Positions 58,338-64,000 of a stretch of DNA of 64,000 bases are shown piece after piece. Numbering within the stretch: the stretch's first letter is position 1; each line of letters opens with the position of its first letter. The notes below the pieces were generated by a model. That model saw only the letters and a list, made by a program, of their open reading frames with translations, did not search any database and was not told the DNA's origin. The DNA comes from Amoebophrya sp. A120 (lineage: Eukaryota > Protista > Dinoflagellata): positions 7,859,882 to 7,923,881 of the forward strand of contig CAJINV010000003.1 in the NCBI GenBank assembly GCA_905178155.1. The letters run 5' to 3'. The translations under genes were made by a program, and so were the position numbers.

Positions 58338-61195
58338 TCCGTTCCGGCGCCGACGAGAGCAAGGACTTCTGGGAACTCCAAATCGGGTCGAGCGTGAGAG
58401 GAGAGCATGTAATGAATGTAGTGGTTGAAAAAATGTTCTTGCCTTGTCTCCGACCAAACGACTGATGCCATGCTCATGTTCAAATCCCGCTTACGCTAAT
58501 TTGCTGCGACATCGACAAAAATTTACTGTCAAACAAGAATGCCGCTGCGCTACTTTTATAAATACCTAAATGACTACACAACATTGGTTTACTACTGTCA
58601 AAGAGACCTACCACGAAACTATTTGGTCGCTGCTCAATCGGAGTAACAACAGATTGTTTTTCCTGATCAGTTGCATCCCAACTTGCTTCTTGTGTGCGCG
58701 CGTACAGGATCTTCCGGATCGAAGCTTCCGCCAAGAGAAGTGCAGCAGAAGCCTGTTTGACAAACAGAGTTAAGATCCCTTCATGAGAAATTCGTTTTTC
58801 AGAATAAAAATAAAAAATACGCGGGAAAAATCATATACGGTATGGCCGGACGTTTTGTGAAAATGACTTTCTACACAATATCCAGGTTCCACTTTTTTGC
58901 GAGGTACACTCCTATCGAAGAGAAGCAATGAAACAACAGCACAAAAATAGGTCTTTCTCAACACCAAGGATCGGCAGCAGCCTAGAGTGCAGTGGAGCTG
59001 GAGACACGATCTTTCTTGGAGTTGCAACATGAAAGCCGAAGTCGGGATCACGTTCAAGAACAGAAGGAACTCGTATCATACCACACAATACTTTTGTGTC
59101 CGACAGTTTCTCATGAATGTTGTCAAAGCGCTTCTTTCGCAATTTTGCGTTTTTATTGCGGTGCAATGCTTCACATTAAGAATTGGAGTTCTTTTTTGGT
59201 GGTCCAACTTGCAATACAGCGGAGCCGCACGTCAATAACGGTACTGAATGTCTAGCAGTGCGTTTAAGATTCAAATGACATCAAAAGGATTGACTTGCAT
59301 ACATTCACTCTTGTGCGATGAACGGCCGCCATTTTCCACCTGTGCGGTCAAGCGCTAAATCAGCATTTCCCTACGTCCTATCGAGATTATCCACAAGAAA
59401 ATTACACCCATACCAGAGTCAACATACAATATTTGCGCTGTTTTAGTGACGCCAAAAATTCAGATAAACGACAGAGACCAACATTCGTGATGTAAAATGC
59501 ACTTTGTCACAGAGGGTACGAGAAACGTTTGCGCTCAACAATTTTCTGTAACATACATGGTATGAGTGTATTTTCTTGAATGATAGAGAATTTACGTGAT
59601 ATCTCGGTCAGATAAGTATCTTGATGCTCATAGTGCAGCTTAGAGTTGTGCGCAAAAAGTCGAAAGCTCAAGCTAGCTCTTTCAGCTTCAGCGGGGGTTG
59701 CGGGCCTTGTGTTTTGTTCGCCATAGTCGTTTGGTTTAAGATGTCTCTTCTAGAAAATTTAATCACAAAAACAGGAATCAATACCAACATAGAATTAGAA
59801 AGCAGCCACATTTTCCACGTAATCATATTTTTCGGTAAAATCCAAAACAATACTTTCTTAATATCTGGGTACTTCCCATTGATTCGTTAGTATCTATATA
59901 ACGCTCAAAACCAGCAAGGTCGTAGTTCAAAGTCATAGCGAAAAAGTACGTGCGTTGAAAATGTCAAACTCTGACACTCATTCATGCTGTACCTGTACTT
60001 ATTGTTATATCCATCCCGTTGCAACAGACTGCATTCATTATTTGCGAAGCAAGTGGTACCTAGTTCGATTTTCGCCGTTCCTTCAAGAGGATCCATCTAT
60101 CACCACCGCTGACCCTTATACCGAACTTGCTCGACTTTTGCTCCGAAGAGCCCATCCGTAAACTTTGCCTCCTCCCGGCGTACCGCTGGCAAGTCTGCCC
60201 AAACCACATGCTGCCAAGCTCGCACAGACCGTATCATGCTGAAAACGCTTCCCTTTCCCTGCCTCCTTCTGAAAATCTTTGCAATAGGTGACTCTTACAG
60301 ACATGCAGAGAAATGCCTCCCACATCCTGCATCAGACTTGCACACAAGGAAGTATATCGACTTTAGAAGCGGTCAGATAGAGCAAAATGGCCGCTCAGTT
60401 ACCTCAATATGAACCTAGGCGTTGTTCTTGTGAATGCGTGTTAGAGAAAAAGTCGAGTTCGTGTGCTTGGGTTGGGGGCTCTCGCTCGAAATGGGATGGG
60501 ACATGGGTGGCGGTACAACAGGGGCTTTTACCTGACTCATGCCTGATCCCCCCGGCAGCGAGGTTCTTTACTGAACCACAGAGACCTCATTTTGTGTGTG
60601 GTGCGGAAAGAGTTTTCAACATGATAGATGGAGAATTGTTGTAGTATTCCCAGGGATTGCCGTTTCTTGAATATCGCACCAGAAATTTCTTTGACCGGTC
60701 GAGCTGGCACGTAACAAACACGATCCTGCGGCGCTGAACTTCATACTCATCTGTGTTGATTTGTTTTTGCCGCGTTTTCAAAATATTCAATCTGTACGTG
60801 CAACGCCAAACATGCCTTGCGCTGTCTTTTGGGCGTGAGTCTTGCTTTTACTATCCCGACGGACTGGAATCCTGGCAAATCAGTGTATCTATAGATACGC
60901 AGGCAAAGATCATGCGTTTTTTGCTAATATCCAAGTGCAGATAGAAATACCGCTGCCATAACAACTTCATGCTGCCCGCACAAGTGACATCAGCAGAACA
61001 TCAAGCAAATTGTGAATCCTAGTTTTTTTTGTTTGCTAGGCAATTCGTACACCGGTCGGCTTTCACTGTTTTTTTCGCATTTTTTTCTTTTCTTTTTTTT
61101 TTTTTGTGCTTTTCTCTTTCTTTTTTCTTTTTTTTTCTTTTCTATTCCGACACAGCTGGCGCACAAAAATCCTAGTTTTTGCCAGTACAAATTTA

Positions 61196-64000
61196 CCTGC
61201 GCTGTCATCCCACGTGTCGTAGCCGCGATTTTCCGAGTTCCAGTTATGCCCTCTCCCCGGTTGATCTCCCTTCGTCAGAAGTATGTTCATCTGATTCCTG
61301 TCAAACTTTGGCAAGAGCGTGTTCACTGGCATCTCGTATTCGGCCAGAGAAGAGTAGTCAGCGGGATTTGATGACGGTTCCGGAAAGATGGTCTGCCGCT
61401 CTGTGCTACCTTCCGCACGGGGCGCACGCGAACTGGACGACTGTGCACTAGAATGCGGCCGCGAAGGTGCGCCTTCCCGCGAGCTCCGACTTCCAGTTCC
61501 AGCAGTTCTCCCCCGCGATGCTGCCCGCACTGTCCCAGAAGAATAGGCCCCACGAGCAATATCAGATCCTTCCCCGGAGGGCGCACGAGCAATACTGGAT
61601 CGAGCCCGGGCAGCGGACCCCGAGGACCCTCCGGGGGCTGCGGCATTTGCTGCCCCCGCTGTCGCAGACTCTCGAGGAGACGTGGACCTTCGTGAGGGGC
61701 TACGGCCCCTATTGGATTGTGGCGAGGAGAGCTGCTGCTGCTGCTGGACTGGTTGCGGCGACAGTTCCGGCGTCACCAGGGTCGCCTCCGCCTGCTCCGG
61801 TACCTGTGACCCCGGCGCATGCGGTGGCTGCTGCGTTTTCTGCTCCTGCTCCTGCTCCCCCTGCTTCTGCGGAACTTGTTCCGACTGCGCGGTTTGTGAT
61901 TGCTCCTGCATGGGGCGTCCCTCCGGCGCCGCCTCCTGCTGCTGCTGCTGATCCTCCTCCTCCTGCTTCGACGCCTCCACCACGTCCTGCGGATCAGTTC
62001 CAACGCCCTCTTCCGGTACCTGCGACCCCGGCGCATGCGGCGGCCGCGGCTGCTGCGTTTCCTGTTCCTGCACACCCTGCTCCTGCTGAAATTCTTCCGA
62101 CTGTGCGACCCGCTGCTCCTTCATCGGGCGTCCCTCCGGCGTAGCCTGCTGCTGCTGCTGCTGATCCTCCTCCTGCTCGAGCTGAGCATCACCAACCACC
62201 TCCTGCGGTTGCGGAGCTCCAGGGAGCGCGACAGCGGACCACAACGATTCTACTCCGGGATCAGCGCGTGGAGTGTTGAGAGGTGTCTCAAAATTGGGTT
62301 CGGCTACACCAGGCGTGTCATCAGACAAACTCAGTGGTCTGACAGCCTCCACCGCTTCACTACGCGCGTCGTGGTGATCCGGCACACTCAGTCGTGGTGG
62401 TAAGTCAGTCGGTCTAAGGGACGCCTCGGCAGTTGGGGATGACGTGCCTGTGTTACAAGATGAAGATCATTTGCTTCAACATAAACACGACGTATGTATT
62501 GCAGCAACGTCATTTGAACATTTCAACACGACAGTAAGCAAGTCATTCTGAGAAAGAAGCCCAGCATCAGTACTCAACATTAATCGAAGCTTGCAAACCT
62601 CTGTGTTCGTCCTCAACAGCGTCCGAAAATTCATCACTGCTGCGTGTCGCTTCTTCTCGTTGCAACCCCAGCTCCGGTCCTTCGACAACGTCTGCTGATC
62701 CTTGACCCGCAGAAGGTCCTCGGCCTGCGGCATTCTCAGCTTCGGTGCTGCCTTCCTCCGAGACCGGAACAACGGCACGGGCTGCACCATCGATATTGTC
62801 GCCCGGCTGCATAAGGTTCTGCGACCTCAACGGAGCTTCTTCTGCGACCTCGGCACCCGTACCTGTGGCTGCGTGTTCATCCGCTACTTCCTGTCCTTCT
62901 TCGCCTTCACGTACAACCTCGGAACCCGTTGAAACTCCCGCATAGCCGGCTGCTGACAGGTCTACCTCGTGGGTGAGGTCCGTATGGGCTTGAGCATTTC
63001 CCGACGTCGCCGCGTCTCTACTCTCTGTACCCTCGTCATCGCGAGTCTCAGTGTGGTGCAGGAGGCCTGGCGATCGCGGCGGCGACGAGCCGCCCAACTC
63101 TCCTCCCGGCGCAGCGTGACTCGGTTGCGATTCTGCACCACCCGCATTGCGGTCTTCGCTGGCAAGCGCGTTGCGCTCTTCATCTCCACTCCGGTTCGAA
63201 GCATGAGGTCCCGTGGCACCCTCCACCAGTGATTCAGCCGCAGCAGCTGTTGGCCCAGCCGACGGGTCCGGCACGGTATCGACGCTGGCGCCCTGTGCGG
63301 ATGCCGATTCTGCGTCAGACCCTGGTAGCTGCGGTGCGCTCGTCGCTGGAACGACCGCCGTAAATCCTTCTGCCGGGACTGCGGCCTCGTCCGCCGGAAC
63401 GGCTGCGTCAGCCGGAACGGCTGCCGGCACCGCGGTGGCGCCTTCGTCGCTGCGGTCGGGCAGTCCGTGCTGCGCAACTTCTTCCGACGGTGCTTCGTTT
63501 CCTTCTGCATCTGCCTCAAAAGTGGTATGCACCGTTTGTTCCGCAGCCATATTGGGACTACCTGGTGTCGTCGGGGACGCACCTGAGCGATCAGCGAGCA
63601 CTGTCTCCTCCGCTGCCCTAGTTTCCGCACCCCCGGCTTGCGCAGACGCGTCATCGATCGTAACAGTGCCAAGTTGCGAATGGCTGTCCACATTCGTATC
63701 CGGAAGGCCACCTCCCGCAGAGGCCACGGAGTGCTCCGGCGGCGGCGCTGCCCCTTCCTCGGGAGTGCTGCCCGCTGCGGCCTGCTCGTTGGAAGCTGTA
63801 GTTGTCCCTGACTGTTGCAGCACTTCATTATCCTGCTGCTGGCCGTTGCCCGCGCCCAGCACCTGGATGTGTCCCGCTGGTGCAGCCTCCTCGTCCGCTG
63901 CAGGGTTCGAAGTCTCTGAGTCTGCAACTCGTGGACCGGTAGCTTCAATTGCAGCTTCAGCAGGTGGAAGCACATTGCGGGCACTGGAAGGAGAGCGACT
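61196..64000 (-). CDS. Large low-complexity Ala/Glu/Gln-rich protein (partial, starts beyond window)
   Basis: ORFs 62567..63973 and 61063..62385 can be joined by a GT-AG intron about 62448..62599. Internal duplication of an about 70-aa Q/E block. Further 3' exons unresolved. Confidence 0.55.

Noticed and set aside
54585-58428. Plus-strand ORFs opposite UPF2 (and similar ones opposite SEC14, STE24, gag and exostosin)
   Set aside because: Antisense shadows of high-GC3 codon usage with no motifs.
61020-61180. Lys-rich or Phe-rich ORF tails
   Set aside because: T-rich low-complexity intronic tract following the GT donor at about 61195.

Overview
Eukaryotic, intron-rich protist DNA. The features fit a dinoflagellate-lineage genome such as the parasite Amoebophrya (inference: all genes co-oriented, AOX present, many non-GT-AG introns). 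Every recognisable gene lies on the minus strand: PGAP1-like GPI deacylase, AP-2 mu, SEC14/CRAL-TRIO, alternative oxidase, dual-specificity phosphatase, FAM241-like, exostosin-like glycosyltransferase, STE24 protease, UPF2 and several unknowns. The main signal is a set of 16 short (about 150-325 bp) elements that interrupt coding sequence. They have terminal inverted repeats (usually TAY...RTA) and 5-bp target duplications. Removing the element plus exactly 5 nt restores the frame and conserved motifs, mostly without GT-AG. Diverged duplications show that the upstream copy stays exonic, and one family sits in both orientations, which points to structure-defined splicing. The window also holds an intact Ty1/copia element whose gag and pol are separated only by an in-frame UGA-CUAG readthrough-type stop, and a 32-unit palindromic higher-order repeat array inside an AP-2 mu intron. 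All splice models were read by eye and need RNA confirmation.
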